DNA of 59,234 nt, counting the filler. It is 6 parts of 6 records of this genome, joined end to end, with 100 filler letters (N's around TTAATTAATTAA, not from the genome) between each part and the next. Parts side by side here need not be neighbours in the genome. Positions count along the whole stretch, not along the records: positions 1 to 19,480 come from SRR31156797_32955; positions 19,581 to 25,245 come from SRR31156797_32956; 4 more parts are not named here. One strand, given 5' to 3'. The notes beneath the pieces were generated by a model. It ran no database searches. It worked only from the letters and a program-made list of their open reading frames with translations, and was not told the origin of the DNA. Shown one piece after another: positions 10,721 through 20,926 of the stretch; the first letter of the stretch is position 1, and each line of letters starts with the position of its first letter. Position numbers and translations under genes: made by a program.

Positions 10721-13204
10721 TCATGAGAAATCCGGTCTCGTGATCCCCGTTTTTAGTAAATGGGACAAAGCAGTCTGTCGTAGTGAAGTATCCTGGTTTT
10801 TAACAGCCATGGCCAGCGCTTTTCTTGTTCCAACAAGGACTACGAGCTTTTTCCCCCTGGTAAGACCTGTGTAGAGAAGATTACGAAACAGCATCTTGAA
10901 GTGCTGGGCTAGTACAGGAATGATCACCGCGTCAAATTCAGACCCCTGTGATTTATGGATGGTAATAGCATAGGACAGATCGAGTTCAGTGATCTGCTCC
11001 CGACTGTACTCAACAACTCTGTTCTCTGGATAAAAGGCTACAGATAAACTCAAATTTGTGTTGTCTACGCTTTCTATTTTTCCGATGTCACCGTTAAATA
11101 CATTAAGATCGTAATTGTTTCGACGGTGGATAACCCTATCCCCTACCCGAAAAATCCGTTCGCCCACAGTCAGCTCTGCTTTGTTTTCTGTCGGCGGATT
11201 AATGGTTTTCTGCAGCATTATGTTCAAGTTACCCGTACCCAACGAACCGCGAATCATAGGAGAGAGCACCTGGATTTCGGTTTCCTTGCCCATGTATTTT
11301 GGAATCCAGTTAAGGTAAAGCTGCTGTACCACGTCCTGAGCAGTTAATCCGTAATAGAGGGATGACCATGGATGGGTCTTTTTGGCCAGGGTAAGCAGGG
11401 TATCGGCCCCTGCATCTGCAGTGGCAAGTGTCCCAAGATCAACATGGGTGAAGGAATCTGGTACAGAGAGCGCTGTGTAGGTTGTGCCGCTGTCATCTAT
11501 TTCTATATCAAAAGGCGATTGGTCAAATGCGGCTTCACGGTTATCAATATCGTGATAGTGTTGTTTCACCTTTGCGGCAAATGTAAGCTGCTGCTGTGTT
11601 GCCTCATCAGAATCAACTAAAAAACAATCGGTTGTGCGCCATATTTCAGGTTTTTTAAAAGGTGACTCTAGCCGAGGCACGTTCCCTTGGTTTATCTCGT
11701 GCGCGGTAGTAATAATGTGAGAAGCCTTGGCCTGCCTGAAGACAGCTGTGAGCTGAAAACAGGGAATAACACTGGAATGGATAAGATCCTTAAGTACATT
11801 GCCTGCACCAACGGCAGGGAGCTGATCGGCGTCACCGATAAAAAGGATTGCAGTAGTTCTCTTGACAGCCCGTAAAAGAGACGCCGTTAGGGTGATATCG
11901 AGCATGGAACATTCATCAATAATGAGGAAATCCGTTTTGAGTGGATTGTCCTCATTTTTATTGAATCCATCTCCCTGAAATTCTAGTAAGCGATGAACAG
12001 TCTTGGCCTCCTGGCCAATGACTTCCCCCATTCGTTGGGCCGCCCTTCCTGTGGGTGCGGTCAGCATCACAGTTTTACCCATGGCAAGCAGCAACGCCAC
12101 GATGGTCTTGGTGGTAGTTGTTTTGCCGCAACCAGGGCCGCCAGTGAGGATGGAGCACTGTTGATTGGCAATGGAGCAGACCGCCTCGGTTTGTTCTGGG
12201 CTGAGTGTAAACTGAATTTGCTGGGTATAGCGCTCTACCCACTGGCGAATACGCTGCTCGTTTTCTCCCAGTCTAGCCACTGCCTCCTGTAACCTGACAG
12301 CTGTATATTCCTCATCATAATAGAGTGATTTTGCATAATAACAGGATGAAAGTTCTTCATCCTCACCAAGTGCTAAACGTCGTACGCGCAGTTGCCCTTG
12401 ATGTTCCATTGCATCAAGATGATCGGGAATAACAGTTGCGAGATCAAGAGCAAGGAGTTCGCTTACCCGTTCTGCCACCTGTTTTTGAGAAAGAAAACAA
12501 TCGCCGGATTCACGTGAGGCAGAAAGCACATGCCTGATGGCGGCAACGATTCGCACTTCTGAATTTTCTAAAAAACCCAAGGCCAGGGCTACCTTATCGG
12601 CGGTAAAAAAACCGATCCCGTAAAAGTCGGTGGCCAACCGATAAGGATTACGTTGGACAATTTCAATTGCCTCATCTCCATACTGCTTATAGATACGCAC
12701 GGCAAACAGGGTTGAGATCCCGTAAGACTGGAGGAACATCATCACATCACGAATGGCCTTGTGCTCTGTCCATGCTTTTTCTATAGAAGCCAGTTTTTTG
12801 GCTGCGATCCCTGGCACATCAACCAATTGGTTAATTTCGTTCTCAAAGACCTCCAAGGTGTTATCACCAAAATAGCTCACAATTCTTTTTGCCGTCTTGG
12901 GACCGACCCCTTTAATCAAACCTGAGCCGAGGTATTTTTCCACTGCACTGGTAGTTGCTGGTTTTAGTTCAGTGGCAAATGCAGCTTTGAACTGTTTGCC
13001 AAATCGAGGATGATGAGTCCACGCACCGGTAAATGCCATGGTTGCCCCTGCAAAGACCCTTGTCTGGTGAACTGTAACGGTGACCAGATCACCGTAGGCT
13101 TGAAAAGGGCTTACCTTGAGTACCGACCACCCATTGGATTCATTATGGTAGGTGATCCGCTCTACGACCCCTTTGAGTTTTTCCTGAATACGTTCGCGCT
13201 GCAA
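10721..13204 (-). CDS. recD2: RecD2-like ATP-dependent helicase
   Basis: YLGSGLIKGVG HhH region, NPY.L, Walker A GGPGCGKTT, APTGRAA, DECSM, GDADQL, YAITIHKSQGSE, LLYTGLTRGK. Confidence 0.95.
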   Translation of the reverse strand: MQRERIQEKLKGVVERITYHNESNGWSVLKVSPFQAYGDLVTVTVHQTRVFAGATMAFTGAWTHHPRFGKQFKAAFATELKPATTSAVEKYLGSGLIKGVGPKTAKRIVSYFGDNTLEVFENEINQLVDVPGIAAKKLASIEKAWTEHKAIRDVMMFLQSYGISTLFAVRIYKQYGDEAIEIVQRNPYRLATDFYGIGFFTADKVALALGFLENSEVRIVAAIRHVLSASRESGDCFLSQKQVAERVSELLALDLATVIPDHLDAMEHQGQLRVRRLALGEDEELSSCYYAKSLYYDEEYTAVRLQEAVARLGENEQRIRQWVERYTQQIQFTLSPEQTEAVCSIANQQCSILTGGPGCGKTTTTKTIVALLLAMGKTVMLTAPTGRAAQRMGEVIGQEAKTVHRLLEFQGDGFNKNEDNPLKTDFLIIDECSMLDITLTASLLRAVKRTTAILFIGDADQLPAVGAGNVLKDLIHSSVIPCFQLTAVFRQAKASHIITTAHEINQGNVPRLESPFKKPEIWRTTDCFLVDSDEATQQQLTFAAKVKQHYHDIDNREAAFDQSPFDIEIDDSGTTYTALSVPDSFTHVDLGTLATADAGADTLLTLAKKTHPWSSLYYGLTAQDVVQQLYLNWIPKYMGKETEIQVLSPMIRGSLGTGNLNIMLQKTINPPTENKAELTVGERIFRVGDRVIHRRNNYDLNVFNGDIGKIESVDNTNLSLSVAFYPENRVVEYSREQITELDLSYAITIHKSQGSEFDAVIIPVLAQHFKMLFRNLLYTGLTRGKKLVVLVGTRKALAMAVKNQDTSLRQTALSHLLKTGITRPDFS

Positions 13205-13397
13205 ATGGTATCTCTTCAGTCCTTGGTTGTTTGATTTGAAGATTCGTGGTAATGTGTGGGGTTAGTTATTATAATTAGGTCATTCTTATGGTTTTCTTCC
13301 GGAGAAGGCGGAGAGGGCTATTTTTCTAAAAAATCACCTGTATAGATAATATGATAGAAGTTCATGCTCTATTGAGCAAGCTGTAAAAGGATCATTC

Positions 13398-13637
13398 ATG
13401 CATCAATTAAAAGATCAGATACTTAAAGCACTCGACGAAATTCGCCCTGCCCTGCAAAAGGATGGTGGCGGTGTTGAATTTATTGACATCGACCAGGATA
13501 ATGTCGTCACAGTTCGCCTCACCGGAGCCTGTGAAAATTGCCCCATGTCTCAGGTTACGTTGAAAGAGGGTATTGAAAAATTTATAAAAAGCGAGATTCC
13601 CGCGGTTAAGACTGTACAAGCCGTGACAAAAAATTGA
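13398..13637 (+). CDS. NifU C-terminal / NfuA-like Fe-S carrier
   Basis: IRPALQKDGGGVE...V.LTGAC..CP.S..TLK.GIE. Confidence 0.92.
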   Translation: MHQLKDQILKALDEIRPALQKDGGGVEFIDIDQDNVVTVRLTGACENCPMSQVTLKEGIEKFIKSEIPAVKTVQAVTKN

Positions 13638-13643
13638 GGCAAA

Positions 13644-14009
13644 ATGAGTTTTCTTGAAGGATTACTGTGGCTCACACTTAATGTATACCACGAATCACGA
13701 AGTGAGCCTGAAATCGGTCAGATGGCAGTAGCCCATGTGACACTTAACAGGGCCATAGCAAAAAAACAAAGTGTGGGCGAGATCGTTACCGCCCCCTACC
13801 AGTTCAGTTGGACCTTTCAAAAACAGTCCTATGCCCCCACCGAGTTAAAAGCGTTTCAGCAAAGTGCCAGCATTGCACTCAAAGCACTAACCACCCCAGA
13901 TTTCACAAAAGGGGCCACCTTTTATCATCATGTTACTGTCCATCCACACTGGGCAGATGATATGACCTTTATTGCTCAATACGGATCACACAGGTTTTAC
14001 CGCAATTGA
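13644..14009 (+). CDS. Cell wall hydrolase (SleB / Hydrolase_2 family)
   Basis: LNVYHESRSE...GQMAVAHVTLNR, QFSW, D.T.GATFYH, P.WA, G.H.FY. Confidence 0.88.
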   Translation: MSFLEGLLWLTLNVYHESRSEPEIGQMAVAHVTLNRAIAKKQSVGEIVTAPYQFSWTFQKQSYAPTELKAFQQSASIALKALTTPDFTKGATFYHHVTVHPHWADDMTFIAQYGSHRFYRN

Positions 14010-14083
14010 TATATTCCGTGGCTGTTAATCATGACACATGCCAGGACAATCAGTCCCGGCATATGCTGGGAGTTTGTTAAGAA

Positions 14084-14617
14084 TTAATCTTCACTTCTCT
14101 GTAATACCAATTCCCAAAATTCTTGGTCAAAATGTTGTCCGTATTTACTGAGCTTTATAACAGGTTCTGCAATATAAAAACCCAGGTCAGCGTAGAGTTT
14201 TCTCGCGCTTGTAAGGCAACTGTACGTTTCCAGGCGAAGCCTTTCAAAACCACTTGTTTCAGCATGTTGAAACGCACGATTCATCAACTCTTTTGCTACT
14301 CCTTTCCCTCGGTAAAGAGGGGGAACCAGCAGAAAGTTAATAAATGCCAAGCTCTCGTTCACTTTAGAGATGGCGATTGACCCTGCTCTCTTGCCGTTGA
14401 TTTCTTTAAGCCAAACACTTGTAAATGGATCTTTTTTGTTACAAAGCAAAACAGCTTTACGACTGATATCCATTTCAAAAGTAGAATCAAAATGAAATTC
14501 ACGAGCATAAAGCAAACCATGTTGAGAAATAATCCACCGGATATCTCCAGGCTTGGCTAACCTGATCTGATCACCTGTGCTGGTTTTAGCGATATTTTCA
14601 CATAACTCGTTCATCAC
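14084..14617 (-). CDS. GNAT family N-acetyltransferase
   Basis: HG.LY..E, LV.P.YRGKGVA..L acetyl-CoA motif, L..AR.LY...GF. Confidence 0.88.
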   Translation of the reverse strand: MMNELCENIAKTSTGDQIRLAKPGDIRWIISQHGLLYAREFHFDSTFEMDISRKAVLLCNKKDPFTSVWLKEINGKRAGSIAISKVNESLAFINFLLVPPLYRGKGVAKELMNRAFQHAETSGFERLRLETYSCLTSARKLYADLGFYIAEPVIKLSKYGQHFDQEFWELVLQRSED

Positions 14618-14700
14618 ATTTTTTTGTTTATCCTGTCAGTTGAATTTCCCAACAGCTACCAGCGTGCTCAGAAATCCTAACATGTTGACATGTAGTTGTT

Positions 14701-15324
14701 TTATTTTTCATATAATAAAGCAACCCCAAACCCGATAAAGGCTCCACCTGTGCACTTCCGGAATATATTCATAGTCTTTTTGCCGCACAAGAAATTAGCA
14801 GCTTTTGAAGACAAGAGCGCATAACATGATAAAATAAAACAGGAGATGCCTTCAATCGTAAGGATGAGGGTTAAGAATTGAGGGATAAACGATCTGGTGG
14901 GATCTATAAATTGAGGGAATAATGCAGTAAAGAAAGCTATAGCTTTGGGGTTACTTAAACCAACCCAGACACCTTCCTTAAACACTACGACAACCTGTTT
15001 ATTGCTTTGAGATGCAGGCTGGATGTATTTTTCATTTTTCAGCAGTGGAGACCTCCAGGCCTTTATTCCAAGATAGATCAAATATACACATCCAATCATT
15101 TTTACAGTGGCAAACAAAGTTGAAGATGCCATAACGATAGCACCCAATCCCAGTGCCGAAATTGTTGCCATAATGACCATGGCCACAAAGTTTCCTAAAA
15201 TTCCTGCGATAGAAATTTTGTATCCATATTTAATGCTGTTTCTAATTGTTAAAACAACCGCTGGGCCTGGGATGGCGACAATCGTAACCGCCAACATAAT
15301 ATATATAAGATATTCGTTAATCAC
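14701..15324 (-). CDS. LysE/RhtB family amino acid exporter
   Basis: IPGP motif, G..YL.YLG, NPK..FF.A.FPQF. GTG start with GAGGAG RBS. Confidence 0.92.
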   Translation of the reverse strand: MINEYLIYIMLAVTIVAIPGPAVVLTIRNSIKYGYKISIAGILGNFVAMVIMATISALGLGAIVMASSTLFATVKMIGCVYLIYLGIKAWRSPLLKNEKYIQPASQSNKQVVVVFKEGVWVGLSNPKAIAFFTALFPQFIDPTRSFIPQFLTLILTIEGISCFILSCYALLSSKAANFLCGKKTMNIFRKCTGGAFIGFGVALLYEK

Positions 15325-15603
15325 CTGATACTCCTCAATTTTATAACAGTAGGTACTTGAAGATATTATTGATATTACAAAACAAAAAGTCCGGCAATTA
15401 TCCGGGATATCTTCGAAAGAAATATTTTATCCGAGAGTTAACAGATTTGCTCTACTTATTTATATAGCCTAAAAGCTGGGTATGCATTACTTGTGATCGC
15501 ATTTTAAAATGGGTGTACTCTCTGCTGCTTTCGATGAGCGCTGGCAAGATACTAAGTAGAAATCATATTCTACAAATGTTTTTTATATCAATCTTGCTCC
15601 CTA

Positions 15604-15650
15604 TTTGGTCAATAATTATTGACAAAAACATGTCTATGGATAATTGTTGT
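15604..15650 (+). promoter_or_regulatory. Candidate perR promoter/operator
   Basis: Perfect 16-bp palindrome GTCAATAATTATTGAC (15608-15623) overlapping TTGACA, followed by ATGGATAATTGTTGTT. Confidence 0.5.
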
Positions 15651-15674
15651 TAACAAATTCAAATTATCAACAAA

Positions 15675-16130
15675 ATGAAAAATGATCGCTTAAATATATC
15701 TCCAGAACAGAGACTGGAGCAAATGGTAAAACGCCTTAAGGACAATGGCCACCGTATTACCCCGCAGAGGCATGCCGTCTTAAAAATCTTGTCGTACAGC
15801 AAAGATCATCCCTCAGCAGAAAGCATCTATGAAGGTCTTGTTTCTCATTACCCTACCATGAGTTTAGCGACAGTGTATAAGACTCTTAACCTCCTTAAAC
15901 AAAAGGGAGAAGTTCTTGAATTGGAGTTTAGCGAATTAGGTAACCGTTATGATGGCAATAAACCATTTCCCCACCCACATGTAATATGCACAGAGTGCGG
16001 AAAGATTGTCGATCCTACCATGTTTGATTTAGATGAAATCACAAAACTTATGATGAAGGAAACTGGCTTTAAAATCAAGAGCCATAGACTTGACTTTTAC
16101 GGACTCTGTGATGACTGTCAAAAAGCATAG
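15675..16130 (+). CDS. perR: Fur-family regulator, PerR-like
   Basis: RITPQR, HPSAE, SLATVYKTL, RYD....HPH.IC..C and C-terminal CxxC. Lies directly upstream of catalase. Confidence 0.85.
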   Translation: MKNDRLNISPEQRLEQMVKRLKDNGHRITPQRHAVLKILSYSKDHPSAESIYEGLVSHYPTMSLATVYKTLNLLKQKGEVLELEFSELGNRYDGNKPFPHPHVICTECGKIVDPTMFDLDEITKLMMKETGFKIKSHRLDFYGLCDDCQKA

Positions 16131-16150
16131 TTTTTTTTTAGCTCATAATG

Positions 16151-16163
16151 GATAATGATTATC
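16151..16163. promoter_or_regulatory. Fur/PerR-type box upstream of catalase
   Basis: GATAAT-G-ATTATC perfect inverted repeat, the core of the Fur 7-1-7 box. Confidence 0.6.
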
Positions 16164-16327
16164 TGTAGACACCGAGTGCCACAGGGCGCCAAGTGGTGAA
16201 AGTTTTAAAATAGTTCTGATAGCAAGTGTTCGGTCAAGCTGGAGCAGTAGCCAGAGATGTACAAAATTAACCGTTTAAACGATGTGTTAGCCCTTAAGAT
16301 AGTAATAATATTTCAAGGAGTAATGCC

Positions 16328-17788
16328 ATGAATGATCCAAAAGGAAAATTAACGAGCAATAATGGTGCACCTGTTGCTGATAACCAAAATGTCTTGACAG
16401 CTGGAGCTCGTGGTCCCTTACTTATGCAGGATGTTTGGTTTCTTGAAAAACTTGCCCATTTTGACCGTGAGGTTATTCCTGAGCGCCGGATGCATGCAAA
16501 AGGTTCAGGCGCTTACGGCACGTTTACAGTCACCCATGATATCAGCAAATATACAAAGGCTAAAATTTTCTCAGCAGTCGGTAAGAAAACAGATCTGTTT
16601 GTCAGGTTTTCAACAGTTGCAGGTGAGCGGGGGGCTGCTGATGCAGAACGTGACATCCGTGGATTTGCTATTAAATTCTATACTGAAGAAGGTAACTGGG
16701 ACTTGGTTGGCAACAACACCCCTGTCTTTTTCTTAAAAGATCCTCTTAAATTCCCGGATCTTAATCACGCAGTAAAAAGGGATCCTAAGACCAATCTGCG
16801 TAGTGCCAAAAACAACTGGGATTATTGGACATCCCTTCCTGAATCGTTACACCAAGTCACCATCACCATGAGTGATCGTGGAATACCGGTATCATATCGT
16901 AATATGAATGGGTATGGGAGTCACACCTACAGTTTCATTAGCCCTGAAAATGAACGCTTTTGGGTGAAATTTCATTTCAAAACCCAACAGGGTATAAAAA
17001 ACTTGACTGACCAGGAAGCTGAAACACTTGTCGGCAAAGATCGTGAAAGCCATCAGAGAGATTTATTGGAATCCATTGAAAAGGGGGATTTCCCGAAATG
17101 GAACATGCAGATTCAAATTGTGCCGGAAAAGGAAGCTGCAAATTTCTCTTTTAATCCTTTTGATCTCACCAAAGTGTGGCCGCATAGCGAATACCCTCTC
17201 ATTGATGTAGGCGTATTAGAGTTGAACAAAAACCCTGAAAACTATTTTGCAGAGGTCGAGCAAGCGGCCTTTAACCCAACCAGTATAGTTCCTGGTATTG
17301 GCTTTTCACCGGATAAAATGCTGCAGGGGCGCTTGTTCAGCTATGGTGATGCACAGCGATATCGCCTGGGTGTAAACCATCACTTAATTCCGGTTAATAA
17401 ACCTCGTTGTCTTTTTCATTCCTTCCACAGGGATGGATCCATGCGCGTGGACGGCAATCATGGAGGTACGCTCGGTTATGAACCAAATAGCTACGGAGAA
17501 TGGCAGGAACAACCAGAGTTCAAAGAGCCACCACTTAGCCTTGAGGGAGCAGCTGATCATTGGAATCACAGAGAGGATAGTAAAGATTACTATACACAAC
17601 CAGGAAATCTTTTTAGACTAATGACCTCGGAACAGCAAGAGGCTCTTTTTGGTAACACTGCAAGGGCAATGGGGGGTGCCCCGAAGGATATAAAATTGCG
17701 ACATATCGGCAATTGCATGAAAGCTGATCCTGCGTACGGACAAGGGGTTGCTAAGGCAATGGGTATTGATCCGGGTGAAGTTGCATAA
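16328..17788 (+). CDS. katA: Monofunctional heme catalase
   Basis: [44 protein letters not shown]. Confidence 0.98.
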   Translation: MNDPKGKLTSNNGAPVADNQNVLTAGARGPLLMQDVWFLEKLAHFDREVIPERRMHAKGSGAYGTFTVTHDISKYTKAKIFSAVGKKTDLFVRFSTVAGERGAADAERDIRGFAIKFYTEEGNWDLVGNNTPVFFLKDPLKFPDLNHAVKRDPKTNLRSAKNNWDYWTSLPESLHQVTITMSDRGIPVSYRNMNGYGSHTYSFISPENERFWVKFHFKTQQGIKNLTDQEAETLVGKDRESHQRDLLESIEKGDFPKWNMQIQIVPEKEAANFSFNPFDLTKVWPHSEYPLIDVGVLELNKNPENYFAEVEQAAFNPTSIVPGIGFSPDKMLQGRLFSYGDAQRYRLGVNHHLIPVNKPRCLFHSFHRDGSMRVDGNHGGTLGYEPNSYGEWQEQPEFKEPPLSLEGAADHWNHREDSKDYYTQPGNLFRLMTSEQQEALFGNTARAMGGAPKDIKLRHIGNCMKADPAYGQGVAKAMGIDPGEVA

Positions 17789-17891
17789 GTTCTCTTTCTT
17801 CACCCATATCATCAACTCATTATAGATCTAAACTATGCTTCTTTCGAAGTTACAACATTACTGAAAGGAGCAGCAAATAAAGAGGTGCTCA

Positions 17892-18296
17892 ATGAAAATT
17901 CTCAAAATCAATCATCTTGGTATTGCTGTTAACAGTATTGACGAGGGAAAGAAATTTTGGACTGACGTGCTAGGCCTCGAATTCGAAGGTGCTGAAACTG
18001 TGGAGGAACAAAAGGTAACCACAGCATTTTTTCCCGTCGGGGAAAGCGAAATTGAACTTTTGGAATCAACTTCGCCAGATGGACCAGTGGCCAAGTTCAT
18101 AGAAAAAAAGGGTGCAGGTTTTCAGCATGTTGCTTTTCAAGTGGAAGATATTGTTGCCGCATTAGACGAATTAAAAGAAAAGGGTGTCAAGCTCATCGAT
18201 CAAACACCACGTATTGGGGCTGGAGGAGCAAAGATAGCCTTCCTCCACCCTAAGGCCACTGGCGGTATCCTTGTTGAACTTTGCGAAAGAGGGTAA
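17892..18296 (+). CDS. mce: Methylmalonyl-CoA epimerase
   Basis: HLGIAV, EEQKV, IELLE, HVAF.V.DI, GAGG.KIAFLHPK.T.G.LVEL. Confidence 0.93.
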   Translation: MKILKINHLGIAVNSIDEGKKFWTDVLGLEFEGAETVEEQKVTTAFFPVGESEIELLESTSPDGPVAKFIEKKGAGFQHVAFQVEDIVAALDELKEKGVKLIDQTPRIGAGGAKIAFLHPKATGGILVELCERG

Positions 18297-18341
18297 CAAG
18301 AATGGTCTCCTAAAGTGTTAGTGGCAGCATGATGTAGCCAT

Positions 18342-18384
18342 AGCCGCCATCAGCATTCTAAATGGATGTTAGTGGCGGCTTTTT
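18342..18384 (+). terminator. Intrinsic terminator after mce
   Basis: AGCCGCCATCAGCAT...ATGTTAGTGGCGGCT followed by TTTT. Confidence 0.6.
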
Positions 18385-18457
18385 CAATTAGCCGTATCCC
18401 TTTTGTCCAAAAGGGATATTCGCCTCCCCTTCCTCCCTTTCGCAATTTTATCCACCG

Positions 18458-19455
18458 TTAATGCATAAAAGTTTCAATACGCTCAGCGATGTTTGCTTTG
18501 AGATTTTCAAAAAAAAGTGAGTAGTCAAAGGCATGATAAACCCCTTCTGGGAAATGGCTGCCTTTGACAGTCACAAGGTCAACATTTTCGGGCTGGACAA
18601 TCAAGCCGCTATTAACGATTTGAGCCGAGGTAAAATGCTGGCAGGTGCTTGGCGTACCAGCGGCATCGAAAAAGACAGAACCCCTGTTTTTAGTAGCAGG
18701 TACAAGGTCTCCGTCCATTCTCCACGAAAGAGGGTTAACCGTCAAGGCTCCTGTTTTAAGGGTTGGCGCAACCGATTGCCTGCCCATCGCCATGGTGTTA
18801 TAGGAGATGATACACCCTGTCTGGTCTACTTGGGCGCACATCTGCATCGCCGGGTTTGCGGCAAGCTCTTCAGGAGTTAAAGACCATCCGATAAGCAGGG
18901 CTGCTATCAGCCTGTTTTCAACACCAATGGTCCCCCAATGTTCGAGCATAAGGTCGGCAAGAATCATGGATCCCTGACTGTGACCTGCCAAGAAAAATGG
19001 TCGTCCGTTGTTTTCATATTTCAAGTAATGGATTAGAGCGCGCCAGATATCGCTGTGTACAATTCTTTGCAAAGGTGTTGCTTCTGTGCCCCTAAGCCAA
19101 GCCCAGCAAGATTCATCTGGCGATACATGGGAACGTAAATATTGGCCTGCCCCTTAAAGACGATTGCTTGAGTATCCAGCGAGGTCTTGGCCGCGGCACG
19201 CATATCAGGGCTATTCGTATCCATTATCCAGTTGGTATCATTGAACAGTACTGTGGGATAGACGAAAAAGACATCAACCGGGGCTGATGGAATGGTTGGT
19301 TTCGCAAGCCAACCATTCGGAAGCTCATAATCTGGTGCAGCTGGAGCTGTACTGATATCTAACGGCGGCATCGCCAGAGAAGGTGTCCATGTAGCCAACG
19401 TTATAAAAATACAAATAAGAACCGGAAACACGTTGGACATTAGAAATTTTTTCAT
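18458..19455 (-). pseudogene. Secreted DUF3089 alpha/beta hydrolase, split by a frameshift at about 19040-19095
   Basis: The N-part has a signal peptide, APDY, VDVFFVYPT and P.YRQ. The C-part has D...A..HYL...N.GRPF.LAGHSQGS, C.....TGC.ISYN, VNPLSW and YH..DY.LF. The two frames overlap. Confidence 0.85.
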
Positions 19456-19480
19456 AAAGAGATTTGATGTTATAATAAAA

Positions 19481-19580
19481 NNNNNNNNNNNNNNNNNNNN
19501 NNNNNNNNNNNNNNNNNNNNNNNNTTAATTAATTAANNNNNNNNNNNNNNNNNNNNNNNNNNNNNNNNNNNNNNNNNNNN
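19481..19580. other. Artificial contig spacer
   Basis: 44 N + TTAATTAATTAA + 44 N. Confidence 0.97.
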
Positions 19581-19582
19581 AG

Positions 19583-20056
19583 AAACTGCTACGGGAGATT
19601 TATAATCAACTCCAAGTTGAATACTGCAACATTGGCCCTCTCTATACCCTGAAATCCCGGATAGCCTCCGACCGCCTGGCTCTCCTTTGTTGCAGCCGGT
19701 TTGAAAAGTTTTTAGACATCCAGAGCCGGTCGGAACAGAATATCGTTGATAATGTACTCGCCCTCTTTTCATCGGAAATGGAATTTGGTATCAGTCTTCA
19801 GGAAATCTCTGAACGGATCGGTTTTAGTGTGGGCCATCTACGTCGTCTCTTCCACAAAGAACGAGGGTGCTCTCCCCGGAAAGTCTTCGAAGAGATCAGA
19901 ATGAGAAGAGCCAAGGAACTCTGCCTATTCACTAATTACACACTCGGAGAAATTGCCAGAGCATGCGGCTATGCCGAACACAGCTCTTTTACAAAAGCCT
20001 ATGTCCGGTATTGGAACTGTCCCCCTTCACGAATTAGAGATATGCATAAAATATAG
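19583..20056 (+). CDS. AraC-family regulator, 5'-truncated by the contig edge
   Basis: Frame is open from 19583. C-terminal double HTH: SLQEISERIGFS..HL.RLF and EIA..CGY...S.F.KA. Confidence 0.85.
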   Translation, partial: KLLREIYNQLQVEYCNIGPLYTLKSRIASDRLALLCCSRFEKFLDIQSRSEQNIVDNVLALFSSEMEFGISLQEISERIGFSVGHLRRLFHKERGCSPRKVFEEIRMRRAKELCLFTNYTLGEIARACGYAEHSSFTKAYVRYWNCPPSRIRDMHKI

Positions 20057-20188
20057 AACAGAACTGTCCTTTTCTCATATATATGTTTTTCATATTTTAT
20101 AGGATATAATTAAATAAAAGAAATTGTACATGAAATGCAAAAAATGCTGCTGTTTGACACATCTTTGGTTCAAAAGGTAAAGTAAAAT

Positions 20189-20926
20189 ATGTATTCTTTG
20201 ATAATTGTTGATGATGAAACAGAACTTTTGGAAGGTATGTCACAGTACTTCCCATGGGAAACGATTGGGTTTAGGGTTCTTGAAACATTCAGCGATGCCA
20301 GGAGCGTTTTAACTTACTGCAAAGACCATAAGGCAGATGTGATTCTCACGGATATACACATGCCCTTTATAGATGGTCTGGAACTTATCAGGCAATTAAA
20401 AAAGCTGGAAGCAGCATCCTACTTCTGTATAATGAGTGCTTATAGTGATTTTGAATACGCCAAACAGGCCATTCATCTCAATGTTCAGGAATACCTCTTG
20501 AAACCAGCTGGCTTTGATGAGATTACTGAGGCATTTAATAAAATAAGAAAAGCTCTTGATGGTTCAACCATTAAATCTGAAGAACTGTCCGTTTCGGTTT
20601 CCGGCAATCCTCTGATTGCCCGGACTATGGCTCTGATTGAAAAGCGTTTGGATAGCTGTTCCCTCCAGAATATAGCCGTGGAGCTTGGCGTGACAGACAG
20701 CTATCTCAGCCGCCTTTTTAAAATAGAGACCGGTAAAAAATTCCAGGTTTATCTTCAGGACCAAAAAATGGAAGTAGCCAGACAAATGTTGAACAGCAAA
20801 CTCCATTATAAGAACAAGGAAATTGCCAAAGCTCTCGGTTATCAGGATACTCAGAATTTTTGCAGAACCTTCAGAAACTACTGGGGGAACTCTCCTCAGA
20901 AGTTCAGAAAAGAGTCGTTTGAATGA
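20189..20926 (+). CDS. Response regulator, receiver + AraC HTH (YesN-like)
   Basis: IVDDE, TDIHMP..DG, SAYSDFEYA, YLLKP and a C-terminal AraC domain. Confidence 0.93.
   Translation: MYSLIIVDDETELLEGMSQYFPWETIGFRVLETFSDARSVLTYCKDHKADVILTDIHMPFIDGLELIRQLKKLEAASYFCIMSAYSDFEYAKQAIHLNVQEYLLKPAGFDEITEAFNKIRKALDGSTIKSEELSVSVSGNPLIARTMALIEKRLDSCSLQNIAVELGVTDSYLSRLFKIETGKKFQVYLQDQKMEVARQMLNSKLHYKNKEIAKALGYQDTQNFCRTFRNYWGNSPQKFRKESFE

Noticed and set aside
19525-19536. TTAATTAATTAA palindrome recurring five times
   Set aside because: It is always centred in N runs and gives stops in all frames, so it is an artificial linker.
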